Shown piece after piece: positions 37,858 through 51,832 of a DNA stretch of 64,000 nucleotides. The notes beneath the pieces were generated by a model, which saw nothing but the letters and a program-made list of their open reading frames with translations, was not told the origin of the DNA and did not search any database. Made by a program: the position numbers and the translations under genes. Numbering within the stretch: position 1 is the first letter of the stretch; every line of letters begins with the position of its first letter. The stretch covers positions 24,118,001 to 24,182,000 of the forward strand of contig OZ024750.1 in the NCBI GenBank assembly GCA_964016885.1, written 5' to 3'. The stretch comes from Eledone cirrhosa. Its lineage: Eukaryota.

Positions 37858-38465
37858 TAAAGACCAAGATGGCTGTGTACAATGCATGTGTCATTGGCAC
37901 ACTGCTGTATGGCAGTGAGACATGGTGCCATATGCCAGACAGGAGAGGCGACTCAACACCTTCCACCTGAGAAGCCTACGCCACATCCTGGATATATCCT
38001 GGCAGGACAGAGTGCCTGATGCCGAGGTCCTTATTTGTGCTGGCCTTCCCAGCATGATTACCCTGCTCTGACGCTGGCTAGGACCCGTCCACCTTATGAA
38101 CGATGGCCACAACCTAAAAGACATCTATGGGAAGTTGGCCTTTGGGAAGAGAGCCACTGGTTGACTTTGGCTGTAATACAAAGACAGTGTGAAGAGATAT
38201 ATGAAAGCCATTGAGATCACACAGTCCTGGGATGGCCTCGCAGCTGACCGGCCAAGATGGAGGAACACCCTGAATCAACACCTCAAATCAGGTGAGGAGA
38301 GGTTGATGACTGCAGCAGCGGACAAGAGAGCCTGATGAAAGAAGCAGAATAAATCCAACAGACCAGAGACCATATACAGATGTGTTCAATATGACAGAGA
38401 CTGTCACTCACAGCTGAGCTGACATGGTCATCCTTGACCGAAGGAGGCCTTAGATTAGATTAGAG
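37858..38465 (+). mobile_element. BovB-like RTE LINE 3' fragment
   Basis: KTKMAVYNACVIGTLLYGSETW...RRLNTFHLRSLRHILDISWQDRV with frameshifts; short (TTAGA)n tail. Confidence 0.8.
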
Positions 38466-38483
38466 ACAGTGTGGTATATAGCT

Positions 38484-38827
38484 TCATCATCATCATCATT
38501 TCATTTTACGTCCGCTTTTTCCCTGCTTGTAAGGGTGGGACGGGAACTGATTCTGGCTTGATTTCTACAGCTGGATGCCCTTCCTCACACCAACCTCATT
38601 TACAGTGAGTGCTGGGTGCTTTTTTGCCGTGGTACCTCTACAACCACTTTGCAGTGGAATGATGGGGACCCCAGTCTCTATCATCTCATTTCTACAGCTG
38701 AGTAAACTGGAGCAATGTGAAATAAAGTGTCTTGCTCAAGTAAACAACACATCACCCGGTCTGAGAATTGAACTCACAACCTTTCGATTGCAAGGCCAAT
38801 GCTCTAACCACTAAGCCATATGCCTCC
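38484..38827 (-). mobile_element. SINE S1
   Basis: Full-length reverse copy. Confidence 0.85.
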
Positions 38828-38955
38828 ATAGCTTGTCAGGAACATTTAATGTTTCAAAAACTTGCATTGAATTCAACATGTTGTGTGTCGATATTCCAGG
38901 GACTTTTCCTGCACAACATGGGTTCCACCTGGCTGACTTACCCGAGATAAATTGC

Positions 38956-39171
38956 TTAACCCGTTACCATTTATATTACTCTATATTTACTATTGTATTT
39001 TCATGGTAAAGGCTTTATCTCACATAATATCGAATCTATGAGATTTTGATATTATTAACTTTGAAAATCATACCTTAACATAAGTATGAGCGACCGGTTA
39101 CAGCTGGTTTGAACAGAAAGAGGTGAGAGAATTATGGCTGGATATGGCCAGTTTAGATGCTAAAGCGTTAA
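38956..39171. mobile_element. piggyBac-type MITE (reverse)
   Basis: Same family; truncated copies also at 43174-43360, 49964-50172 and 61515-61743. Confidence 0.85.
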
Positions 39172-39289
39172 ACATAAACTATTTATTGGTGGTCTTTATG
39201 ACCTACTCAATATGGCTTTAGGTATTATCATCAACATATCTATGTTGTCAATTCAACAAGTACTGAATAGATACTATTAATGAATATAT

Positions 39290-39622
39290 AATTGTTTCTA
39301 CTTTTGGCACAAGGTCAGCAATTACCCTGTAAGGATGAAAGGCAAAGTTAACATTGGCGGGATTTGAACTCAGAACTCGTAAAGGGCCATAATTCTATGC
39401 TGCAAAGCATGGCGTCTGGCCCTCTACCGATACTGCCAATCAACTGCCCTTCATGAATATATAATTGTTTAATTACCCAGTGTATTACTGGTACTTTATT
39501 TTATCGACCCCGTAAGGATGAAAGGCAAAGTTAACCTCGGCGGGATTTGAACTCAGAATGGAAAGGGCCGTAACTCTTTGCGTCAAAGCATGGCGTCCGA
39601 CCCTATACCGATACTGCCAATC
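39290..39622 (-). mobile_element. Two tandem SINE S2 copies
   Basis: Reverse copies; ATGAATATATAATTGTTT duplicated at 39280 and 39453. Confidence 0.8.
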
Positions 39623-39788
39623 CATATATAATAGCTAAATGTAAGTCAGATGTAACAGAGTTCAGACAACAACTGTGTGTGTTCTATACACTATCTGATA
39701 GACGAATGAATGATTGATATACTGCTGTTGTTTAGACCTAAGTCAACTACTATCTCCTTTTTTTCAGGTCTGCTATATCAATCTAGAG

Positions 39789-42259
39789 CACAGGTTCTCA
39801 ACCCATTTAGGCCAAACGCCCCCTTTTGTCCCTCGAAATCACGAAACGCCCCCTACCCTATTTTTCTATTTTTCAATATACTACTGATATTGATATCAGT
39901 AGATTACTAAAAAATTGATTAACAATATTCCAAAGATACCATTGCAGGCAGCTGAGAGTATAAATACATTCCTTGAAAGGAAATATATAAATTTCCAAAA
40001 AAGGAACATAAATGTTCTTTTTTATGAATAAGGACCAGTTGAATTTGTTATATTCTCACCAGGCGATACCAGCTATTTTGAACATTTATACAAGAGCAAT
40101 TCTGTCTATCCCAAGTGTGCTCTTATCTGGAAGAAAGTGGCAATTATATCATTTCAAAGCTTTCCAATGTTCCCTTTAATGAAACGGACAGGATAAATGT
40201 TGATATCTAACTTGATGTCCCCTCTTCTTTGTGAGCTTAGAGACCACGGAAGAGGGTTTTCATGACCACGTAAGAGGGTATATTTATTAGTAAATGGTAA
40301 AATATATACAACAAATGAGTAAGTGGATTGAAGTAGATGGTTTCCAGTCCAGGCAGACTGCAAGTACAAATAAAAAAATTGTTAGTTTACTTTGTAACAA
40401 TAGCATATCCAAGTTTTCGGATAAATCAACTTACTTTGACCTTATTTCAATGTGACCCTTGAGCTTCATGGAGTCTAGCTAACTCTTTGACGCCAGGCTC
40501 GATTTTCGTAAGAAGTAGCCGGAGATCTCCACGTGTAATTACATTGTAGTGGTTGCGAGCCTTACTGTACAGTCTGGAAACAGCGCCAAACCCCCTCTCG
40601 ACTAAGTATGAGCTTGGAAAAGGCAGAGCAAATCTCTTAGGTGTGGAAATCGACGCTGAATTTCCTCTTGCATCCCAAAAAGGGGTTCACCTATTTTGGA
40701 AAATCTAATTTTGATCATGTCATCTGCTTGTAGTTCAATGAATTCTTCCTGAAATTTAACGTCCAAATCATCGATAGTAGTTATGAAGGGATCTGCTCTC
40801 CACATATCCACATTGGGATGTCCATCGGCAAAAGGTCGACAAACCGTTCTCTCATGTTGTCTTGTAGCGCACGGAGGTGAGTGGTATAAATTTGGCGTTG
40901 GTCATCGCTTACAATGTTTTGAACATTGGCAACACTAGGAAAATTATAGAATTCCCGTCAACAAAGATTCTTTTCGATGACATTCAATTTGGCCAGGAAT
41001 ATTTTCACAGCATTCCTCGTTTTAAGCCAGGTGATCTTCTTCCCCCTGCAAAGCCAAAATGACGCTATTGCATTTGTCGAAGATGTTGGTGAGGTAGGCG
41101 CAGTCTTGCCTCACATCGAGGGTTTTCTTGTACAGTTCTGTGTTGCGTCCTCGCAGAAACTCAATGATAGAATCAAAGAGTTCAAAGAAGTGATTAAGGC
41201 ACTTGCCCTTTGAAAGCCACCTCACTTCAGTATGAAAGAGCAACTTGACGAATTCTTCGTCATTATCTTGGCACAGTTGCCGGAAAATTTGTTCATTGAG
41301 GGAATGCTGGCCCCCTGCAAGGACTTGCTCAGAGGCTTGCTGAGTTTCTTCACAGCCAAGTGTTGTCGATGAATGACACAATGAGCAGCAAATACAGATA
41401 GATTTTCTCTCTTCAGAAGAGTGACGAAGCCCTTATGTTGGCTGACCATTGCTCTTGCGTCGTCCATAGCACATGATACAATGTGTGTTGTATGTGGTCC
41501 TAGATGTATGTATTACCTGCCTGTGTGTTGTATGTGGTCCTAGATGTATGTATTACCTGCCTGTGTGTTGTATGTAGTTCTAGATGTATGTATTACCTGC
41601 CTGTGTGTTGTATGTAGTCCTAGATGTATGTATTACCTCCTTATGTGTTGCATGTGGTCCTAGATGTATGTATTACCTGCTTATGTGTGTATTACCTGCT
41701 TATGTGTTGTAGGTAGTCCTAGATGTGTGTATTATCTGATTATGTGTTGTATGTGGTCCTAGATGTGTGTGCTACCCGCTTCTGTGTTTTTTCTTTTCTT
41801 TTTTTATTTGTAATATTATTTATACAATATGGAATAAAATAGACCTACATAGTCTTAACTCGTTACGGTTGAGTCAATAATTTCAGACGTGAAATACATT
41901 ATCAGTGAAGGAAAGACAAGATTCTAACTGGCTGCGCTCAAAGTGTCCTTGACCCAGTTGACTGTCGGTTTTTCCATTTTTAGGATCTTAATTGCCGGTT
42001 AATGTCTAAACACGCCTGCACACCTGCTCACAACTGCGGTCAGACTATAGTTATGCTGTCTGCATGCTCATTCAAATGCATTTACACTGGCTGTCTCAAA
42101 GACATACAAATATGGCTTATAAAACTTACCAAAGTAAAGCCCCCCCCCCTAGCGCCCTCAAAGCTCTAAACGCCCCCCTAACGCCCCATTGCTCCTACCC
42201 CCCCCTGGAGTTCCGAAACGCCCCCCGGGGGTGCATATGCCTCCCGTTGAGAACCTTTG
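39789..42259 (-). mobile_element. hAT (Buster/Charlie-type) transposon fossil
   Basis: TIRs CACAGGTTCTCAAC / GTTGAGAACCTTTG; exact 8-bp TSD ATCTAGAG (39781-39788, 42260-42267). Frameshifted transposase pieces HCVIHRQHL and LLFHTEVRWLSKG; subterminal AACGCCCCC repeats. Confidence 0.92.
41482..41788. repeat. Minisatellite, ~40-bp unit inside the hAT transposase
   Basis: TGTGTGTTGTATGTGGTCCTAGATGTATGTATTACCTGCC about 8 copies. Confidence 0.9.
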
Positions 42260-42759
42260 ATCTAGAGTATAGTTTCACAATGTTAACATAGGATTTATGG
42301 GGGATTTTGTAGCTGTTCCTAGTAGTACAAGCAGCCACATAGAAGCTCTCTGATCAGCTCATTATATTGCTGTGAACATATGATGTGGATAGTCACGTAT
42401 TGTATGGAAAAGAGATCTGAGCAAAGGCTTGACTAAGGAAAGCATTCAGAATACATAAGGTAGATAGGTTCATATTTACTTATGTCAATATTGAAATAGA
42501 TATTATGGCTATTGAACAGGTCAGGCACTAATTACTGGTTTATAAAAATTAGAATATTATTTCATTTGGATATTCAGAGAATTAATTCTACTTATATGTT
42601 GTCTTGTGAGGGTTGTACAAGCTATGTACTGAGGCAGAGCCAGTAAGGTGAGAGTTAGAAATGAGTTTAGTCACAAATTTAGCAGGCAGTTAGAGGGTCA
42701 TCAGTGGTCACTGCTCAGCTGCATATGGTTTAAGACTGACTGTACGTGGAAAATCCTGT

Positions 42760-43790
42760 ATATTGATGACTTAGTTTTTACATTTTAATTTGTGAAATTC
42801 CAGACGTAGAATCAATATGGAGATGTCTCAATGTAAACATAGCAAAAGCTATTGTTTTAGTAAATAGGTAAGAAGACAGAACCCGGCTACCATCAGAAAA
42901 ATGGCTGTCTTCAATATGCAGAGAAGGAGTAGGTAGAAAGTTCATAGGGTGTAAACTGTGGATGTATAAGAGGTAACTTGCTAGAGACTTCATATGCTCA
43001 AGAGTGGTTAGCAGTCAGAATACATTGAAAATGATTTCCTTCAAATACTTGGATGGTCCACTTGTAGTGATAGGTTTTGTTAGTTAATTCATTTGATACC
43101 ACCCCAACTCTATGATGACAAACCTCTTGCTTTAAACTACCTTGATTTAAATAATAAATATGGAAGAATATCTTTAACCCTTTAGCATTTAAATCAGCTG
43201 TATCCGGCCAGAATTCTCTCACCTCTTTCTGTTCAAACCAGTTGTAACTGATAAGGTATTGTTCTCAAAATAAATATCAAAATTTTGTAGATTCGATATT
43301 ATGTGAAATAATTATGAGATAAAATGTTTACTGTGAAAATATAATAGTAAATATAGAGCAACATCCCCATCCTTTAAATATACCCATTTTACAATAGTTA
43401 CTTTTACATGTCCAACACCAGATCTTAGTCTGTTCTAGAGTGAAAAACGATTGCATGATGGCCAGATGTGGGCCTTGAATTTGAGAGATTTGCGATGTGT
43501 AAAATGTTAGTGTGTATGAACATTGGAGCACAAATATGCCAAGAAAAAAGCTGGATATAATAGAAATGACATTTAGTGTTCAGGATAGAAGACTGTGTTA
43601 GTATCCATATGTGGGGCACATGGAGGATGACAGTTGGGTCAAAAGTGTTTAATAGCTGAAATGGATAGATCCTGTAGAAGAGAGAAACCTAGAAAGACTT
43701 GGGGGAAAGTGCTGAAGACTGATCTCAAAAAGGAGATGACAAACAACTGTGAGGATTGGAGACATGTGGTTCTGTCTATCTATACATGGT
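42760..43790 (+). mobile_element. Old copy of the PHD-bearing RTE family, interrupted by a MITE
   Basis: DRTRLPSEKWLSSICREGVG aligns with DKTLIPSGKWPCSICRKG of the 27-29 kb LINE. Confidence 0.6.
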
Positions 43791-45378
43791 AAAATGATTG
43801 TTAAAATAATGGTGGTGGTGATGGAGATAGGTATATATATCTGCATGGACCTCTCTTCCATTAAGTTTTCATCTACTTGTCTCTTCATTATCCTCTCCTT
43901 TATCACTGACTCACTATCCTATTCATTGTATCATGCTGCCTGTTTGACAAGGGATGGTGTTTAATCTGATTGTATTTGATCTCTCCACTACCACCCAACT
44001 ATCACACTGCATCTTTTCCACTATTACTTTTCCATCATGGCAACTTTGTAATGAGGATTGGCATTTGGTCTGTCTATATTCACTACTCCTACCATCACCA
44101 TTCTCTACTGCTAGCTATCATTCTCTCTCCTTCATTTGATTTTTCAATGACATCTACCTCTCTTACTCACCACTGTCCATTTTTATTCTTAGCAATCCTT
44201 CACACTCTCATGTCATAACTCATCTTTACTACTTTCTTACTATACTTTTTATGCTGTTTTATATTCAGTCTCCTTACCAAAGAACTTACATGTAGCTACC
44301 ATTGTCTTTCTTTCATAACCTGCCCCACTTACTTTTCCCATATCTTACTCATAACCTTTTCTCTTTCCCTCTCTTGGGGATCAATCTCTTCTGTTCACAT
44401 TCATGTTTGCCTTGAAAGAATGGAGACATCATAGAACAGAGTGGACACTTTAGTCTTGCAGGAGACAAGGCAACCTCTGAAGTGGGTGGTGTTAGGAAAG
44501 TCATAGAAACTATGCCAAGACTGATCCTCTGATCTGTCTATAAGAGCAGTAACCCTGTATAAGAACTGATTCACACTGACAATGTGTCTAACCCATGTCT
44601 GAGCAGTAACACTGAATAAGAACTGATTCACACTGACAACCTATCTAATCCATGCCTGCATGGAAAGTAGATATAAAAATGCTGATGATTATGATGAATC
44701 ATTCCATATGTAACATCTTGTAACAATCAATTTCATATATTTAACAACCCATTCTAAGTTAACTTTTTATGTCATGTAATTATACTAATTGGTCAATTTT
44801 GAGATTTACATGCTAATTAACTAAATATTTTTCTAAAAAGATAAAATATAAATACATTATCTCGTTCTTTATGAATATTTTTTGTAAAAAGCATATCTAA
44901 TACATATCAGCAAATGCTTTATGAATTTTAAGTGTGAGAAGACATAGTTAATGGGAAAACTTAATTTATCCCCAGTAAGTCTGTTTTTATAGACATCAAC
45001 TATTATGAAGTTGTATTACTACAATGTAAAATTTACATTCAGAGGAGATTTATTGTTCCACACTAGCATATGTTTTGTAATTTAGAAGCAAGTATTCTGG
45101 CAGATCAGTTTGTAAACATGCCACTCAATTGATGACATTTTGATAATAGATTGAAGGCGCGGTTGTCTGAAATTTCTCAGCCTTGTACTTTTTATATAAT
45201 TTTATTCACATGTAATGCTCCACTTCGTTGATCTGCCACGAGTCAAAATGTTGGAGTTGTTACACATATTCTGTGTATGTTTGCAAATGTATATATTTAT
45301 AAAAGCATTTCTTTTCGTATATCATTATAATTTAACATCTATATCATTATAATTTAACGTCTATAATTTAAATTTATA

Positions 45379-45568
45379 AGGCGGGGAATTGGCAGTATCG
45401 GTAGAGGGTTGGACGCCATGTTTTCTAGCATAGTTACGTCCCTTTACAGTCTGAGTTTAAATCCCGCTGAGGTTAACTTTGCCTTTCATCCTTACGGGGT
45501 CGATAAAATAAAGTACCAGTAATGTACTGGATAATTGCTGGCCTTGTGCCTAAAGTAGAAACAATTAT
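45379..45568 (+). mobile_element. SINE S2
   Basis: Full-length copy. Confidence 0.8.
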
Positions 45569-46554
45569 AATTTAACGTCCATTTCCCCTGGATTTGGCTT
45601 GTATTGGGATCTAGCATTTCATGAAAATAGCTGCTTCTTAATGACATATACAGACAGATATGTGAAATGACTTAGTGGATAAGGCATTAGATTATCAGAT
45701 CATGGGTTTTGAGTTCAAGGCCATTGTTTCAACTACTATTAGCTCATATTGCTTGAGAAAAATAGATTTTATATCTGGAGAAGTTTATGCAAAAGATAAG
45801 TGTTTGTCCCAGTAGGCGCCTAGTTTTAGCTCTCATTTGTGTAATACTATATAAATTGATATATACAGGTAAATCATTCAAGATTCATTGGTTGCTACTC
45901 TAGTGTATTTATCATCATTTATAGTTGTTTTTTTTTTTTGCGTATGTTCACATTGACTTCTGTATAAAACCATAGCTTTAGAAGGTATAATCTTAATGTT
46001 TTTCGTGACAAAAATAGGCTTCAGTTGGCTACTTCAGTGTTTGCTATTGGGCGTGACCTGTATATGCTGGTACACATGTACACAGCAAATAAAGACCCCA
46101 TACACCTTCCTGTTTTTTTTAAAATTGCACCACCAAGTGCAATAATCGGCCACACCTCTCACCTTAGGAGTTAACTACACATTTGAGGCAAGCCAACACG
46201 CTCACAGCATTACTACAGGTGATGGCGAGGTTAAGGTGCTGAAACAACCAGGTACTCTCACAGGCATCACCTGACACCTCAGTAAGAAGAGCCACCAGCG
46301 ATGTACTGAAGAAACTATAACAACTATGTTATATAATATAGATTTTCAGAAAGTGTGAATGTTAGAAAATGTATATGTTTAGCTGTTACTTGCATAGTTG
46401 ATCATAATGACACAGTTTCTTCATCTTATAGATTTTTACCTAGAAAATAGATGTTTAGATTGAATGTTTGATTTTTTTACTTGAAAGTTGCACAAAATAT
46501 ATGCTTCGTTCATTTTGAGAACTGTCATGTTGCCAGTGCCCAGCCCAGTTCCCC

Positions 46555-46730
46555 CTGCATGCTGCTCTCGACATAATGAGAGAGAGCCCCGATGCAGCCG
46601 GCTTCCCATCACAACTGGAGCCAGCAGGCCTCGACAGTACAGATGGCAAGCACCCCGACAGAATTACCTTCTTTCCTTTCGAAGGAGGTAAATCCTTCAT
46701 CTGGGATGCAACGTGCTGTGAGACATTGGG
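46555..46730 (+). mobile_element. Fragment of restriction-like endonuclease (RLE) non-LTR element (CRE/NeSL-type)
   Basis: SRHN then EPAGLDSTDGKHPDRITFFPFEGGKSFIWDATCCETL, matching the EP.GL...DGKRPD.....W..G....WD.T RLE motif. Confidence 0.7.
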
Positions 46731-47180
46731 GTTTCTCCAGTTGTTTCCTCTTTGCACTGGTCACCATCAAGACCTCAAGTGTCCTCAGATCCCAGACAGC
46801 TGACCTCCTCCATAAACATTTCTTTGTTATTTAGGTTACCTAAATATTTCAACTTATAATTTAGCACAGCTAATGCATATATGGATGGATGGTCACGTAA
46901 CTCCTGATAGTGTTGTAGGGATGCTGCATTGACATGCAGCATTTTTTGGGCCTTTTAATCCTGGAGGAGCTCATCCCTCTCCAGGCCAGAGTACAGCAGA
47001 TTTCTTTGAGAGAAAGGAAGAATCAACCCCAGTACTAGACTGGTACTTTTTTTATTGACCTCGAAAGGATGAAAGGCAAAGTTGATCTCGGCGGGATTTG
47101 AACTCAGAGAACAGAGAACTAGAACGAATACCATAAAGCATTCTATCCGACGTTCTAACTACTATGCCAATTCACTACAT

Positions 47181-47469
47181 TTAACCCTTTAGCATTTACA
47201 TTACTCTATATATTCTATTGTATTTTTATGGTAAAGGCTTTATCTCGTATAACATTTACATTACTCTATATTTAGTATTATATTTTCTTGGTAAAGGCTT
47301 TACCTCACATAGATATCTCACATAATAGCATATCTACAAGATTTTGATATTATTATGAGCAAAATACCTTAATGTCAGTATGAGCAGCTGGTTACGGCCA
47401 GTTTGAACAGAAAGAAGTGAGAGAATTCTGGCCAGATACAGCCATTTTAAATGCTGTTAAATGGGTTAG
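47181..47469. mobile_element. piggyBac-type MITE with internal ~61-bp duplication
   Basis: CATTTACATTACTC...GGTAAAGGCTTTA present twice. Confidence 0.8.
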
Positions 47470-48749
47470 TCTAATATTATAGTGAATTAGATTTATTCAA
47501 ACAATTCAATTCCTTAAGCTTACTGTCTGTTTTTGTTTTGATTTTGTAAGATTTTGTTTTGCAGCATGTTTGTTATATTTTCCTTAAAGACATTAAATGA
47601 AAGCTATGAAATGTTTTATAACTAGAATTAAATATTAAATGTCTGAGATGAATTGTTGCTAATACGATTATTTTTCAGACTATTAACCTCATCTCTAAAT
47701 ACCAGGTTAATAATCCTAATCTTATAATGATTTTAATGTGTTGTTAGGTATATATGTAACAAACAAATCTCCTTATTTATCACCCATTACCAATTAAGTC
47801 AAAATGTATGCCTTCTCCTGTTCCTGTCTGTTTCTTCACTCAATCATGAAATAGAAAGTGTGAGGCAAACAGAAAGACACTGTAAATTAGGGAAGAACAT
47901 ATTGGAAAATGAAAATGTTGTCGTTATCATCATCATCATCATTCTGCATTCAGTTTCCCTGCTAACAAGTATGAATGAGTCAGCACCAACTTGTCAGTAG
48001 TCAAGTGGAGCTACTGGTCTTTCAGATGGACCAAGGGGCCTGTATCTCACATACATATGTTCTTGCACTCTATGGATTGCTTTATATCTTGCCTGTATCT
48101 CGTTTACATATGATCTTGTGCTTTACTTACTGTATTTTATTGAGCCACCAGCACTAAGGCAGTTGTCATGTTTGATACAGCTGAACAGAGCTCCAGACTC
48201 TTTGTTTGGCAGGTTTTCTCTGGGTCGATGTTCTTCCTGTCATCAAGTTATATATATATATATATACACATATATATATACACACACAAGATTATATATA
48301 TATATATATATGGTGATTGCTTCATCTTTGCAGATGATTGCCGTCTCCCTATGTACCCCCATCAACTGTCACCAACTCCAGTTGATCAACAAGATCCCAG
48401 ATCTCTTCAAATTGGATCGAGGAAACAATATTTCTATTGCTAATACTATCAGTCGGTCGCAAATCCGGGCAGAAGCCCGGTTTGGTAGTCACTCACAACC
48501 TCATGATTGTGAATCCAATTCTCTAATCATTCAGCCACATGCCTTCACTATATAAACACATACATAAGATTATATATATACTGTGAATCTGCAGCATCTA
48601 TAATGATGGTAAGCATATTTATTGTAAGTTTTAGATTAAATAAACCATGAAATGTATGTGTGGATTCATATTCTTTGCATATCATGAAGGTGATTTGCTA
48701 CACAACACTCTCCTAATATCTGAAATTTGAATTTAATATGAAAGCTGAT

Positions 48750-49135
48750 ATGAAAGAATATGATCGTGAATACAAGCGGCTGAAATAGGGTTCCGCCAAA
48801 GGGTCTTTGGAGTAACATTATTCGATAGAGTGCGTAGCTCGGAGATCAGAGAGTCACTTCAGGTAGAGCTGTTACTTCTCTGAATTGAGAGATCACAGCT
48901 CCTGTACTATGGTCATGTGGTTAGATTGTCTCAGGAAAGAATGGCTGGACAGATTTTACAGGCAAAACCAACAGGTAGGAGACCCCAGGGGTAGACCTCA
49001 AGTAAGATGGTTGGATAACATCCATGGGCTTGGCTGGTCACGCTTGGAGACGATTGCTTCTGACAGGACCCACTAGAGGGAGTGTTTGAGGATTCTGCCC
49101 CATGACCCTCTCAGGAATAAGTAGGCAAAGAAGGT
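48750..49135 (+). mobile_element. RTE LINE 3' fragment
   Basis: Homologous to 2880-3276 (RGRPQVRWLDNI). Confidence 0.75.
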
Positions 49136-49255
49136 TTGAATCTCTGAGTAGGTGCTGTTTCAGTTATGTATTTATTTATCACACTGGACATCACTACGTT
49201 TGTATCCCATCTCTAATAATTGCATAGGTCACCATTTTGTAGGGAATAAACATAT

Positions 49256-49505
49256 TTAACTCTTTAGCATTTACATTACTCTATATTTACTATTGTATTT
49301 TCATTTTACTATTGTATTTTCATGGTAAAGGCTTTATTTTACATAATTAACTCACATAATATTGAATCTATGAGATTTTGATATTATTTTAGGTATTTTT
49401 CTCAAAATAAATATCAATCTCATAGATTTGATATTATGTGAGATAAAGTGTTTACCATGAAAATACAATTGTAAATAGAGAATAATGTAAATGCTAAAGA
49501 GTTAA
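49256..49505. mobile_element. Symmetric MITE derivative (two identical-type halves, inverted)
   Basis: Both ends are the CATTAC-type end; the other half of the MITE is absent. Confidence 0.75.
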
Positions 49506-50674
49506 CTAAACGGTAAAACAAAAATGACAAAAAAGACATGTTATTGACACTTCAATAAAAGAATCTTGGTTAATGTCGTTTTTCACATAAATATTTAATC
49601 AAATATTAATCAGTCTAAAGGACAAAATGTTATGAAACAAAATATAGCAATAGTAATTTGTTTCACACTTCCTGTTTGTGTATTTTGAGATGTTAAAAGC
49701 CTATTTATCTTTCTGTTAAATCAAGGAATATAATTTTAAAACTATTGTTGGATAATTCAACTTCCCTGAAGAATATAATAAATCAATAGATAAATATATT
49801 AAATTTTTGAAGTGCATATATTTAATTAAAAATTGTTTGTATAATTTAATCCACTAACCAGGAAACATATGCCTATTTATATTAATTGTGTCATAAAAGT
49901 AAGATGTAATTTCCTGATGGAATAACTTTACAAATTGATTTCAATTTTGTCATTAATGACTTATTAACCCTTTAGCATTTACATTGCTCTGTATTTACTA
50001 TTGTATTTTCGGGGTAAAGGCTTTACCTCAAATAATAACATCTATGAGATTTTGTTATTATTTATTTTGAGAACAATACCTTAACATCGGTATGAGCGGT
50101 CGGTTATGGTCGGTTTGAGCAAAAAGAAGTGAGAGAATCCTGGCTGGATATGGTTGGTTTTAATGCTAAAGGAAAAGTGTGAATACCATAGAATTTGATT
50201 CCCGTCTTTAAATTTGTAGATATGACAAAGAGGAATCAATACCATATTGAACATTTTATAGTGAGATTTTAGCATTGTATTGAAATTGAATCATATTTTT
50301 ATTATAAGGAATTCAGTGAAAAGAAAGTATGAACCTAATTGTTTTTCAAGAATGCTGGTTAGTCTGAGTATTTAATACATAATAAATTTATATAGGTATT
50401 TTATTCATTCTTAGGACTGTCTAACTACATGTTTCATAACTTTTTTTTTATATGAAAGATGCTATTATTTTAAATATATGCAAAAAATAACTAGTATTTC
50501 ATTTAACTCACATAATCTTGTAACACCATTTTAAGTATGAAAGCAGTGGGGCTGCTATCATGAAAGCACCCAAGAGATCTCCAATGAAATGCAACTGCAA
50601 AAGATGCTGGCCAAGTCTACACAGGTGTAAACTGTAACAGCAAAATTATTTTAAGTATTTAATTATTTAATTAT

Positions 50675-51004
50675 GGAGGCACATGGCTTAGTGGTTAGCG
50701 CATTGGCCTTGCAATCGAAAGGTTGTGAGTTCAATTCTCAGACCGGGTGATGTGTTGTTTCCTTGAGCAAGACACTTTATTTCACATTGCTCCAGTTTAC
50801 TCAGCTGTAGAAATGAGATGATAGGACTAGGGTCCCTATCATTCCACTGCAAAGTGGTTGTGGAGGTGCCACGGCAAAAAATCACCCAGCACTCACTGTA
50901 AATGAGGTTGGTGTTAGGAAGGGCATCCAGCTGTAGAAATCAAGCCAGAATCAGTTCCCGTCCCACCTTTGCAAGCAGGGAAAACGGACGTATGATGATG
51001 ATGA
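50675..51004 (+). mobile_element. SINE S1
   Basis: Full-length copy. Confidence 0.85.
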
Positions 51005-51832
51005 ATTTTAGATTCTTCATATAAATTAAACTGATAGAGGTTTTTATTTTTTCTATTGACAAACAGCCGGTTGGTTAGATTTTAGAAAACATCCTAGGTC
51101 ATTTTTTTTTCAAAATCTTTGAAACATATTCTTATATTTTTGGTCTTGCCACAGTGTTATTTGATAAAAGGTTCTTGTGGATAGATGGTGTCTATCAAAG
51201 CTGGGCACCTAGTCAACATGGTCATTTCAAGCTGAACTTGCATGCCATTCTAGTAACAAAGATATTTCTTAGGAATTACTTTACTTCAAAAGTGATTAAT
51301 GAGATTAAAATCACCATCATCGTCATCGTCATCATCATCATCTTCATCACCATCATCATCATCATTGTTTAACATCCATTTTCCCTGCTAGCATATGCTT
51401 AAGAATTATATCTTAATATTGAGTATTGTTATTTCAGGAAGAGTATTCATAAAAGAAACCTGCAGAGTTACTGACAGTTATTGATCAGATGGGAAATAAA
51501 CATCAGAAACACCCATAGCTGTTAAGTTGATGTGCAAAGAAAGTAAAGTAATTGATGTAATTGGATATATATTTCCTACTTGTGAAGGAACTGATGGTTG
51601 CCAATAGCCTGCAGCTATTGATTGAAAAGTAAATAGTTCATATCTTGTCACCATTGCATCAACTTCACTGTCAACATACTAATTTCACTAGCTCAATCAT
51701 GCCATCTGTAAATTGATAGCTACAGCTTATGCTTAGTTTCAGTTCACTGTTAAAAAATGAACAAGTATTGAGTTTAATTCTTTGAATAGGAACCCATCCA
51801 GTACTAACTCTATTAAATCTCATTATTACATA

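Noticed and set aside
48311-48460. FADDCRL RT-like motif
   Set aside because: Probably a tiny non-LTR remnant, but too short and degraded to classify.
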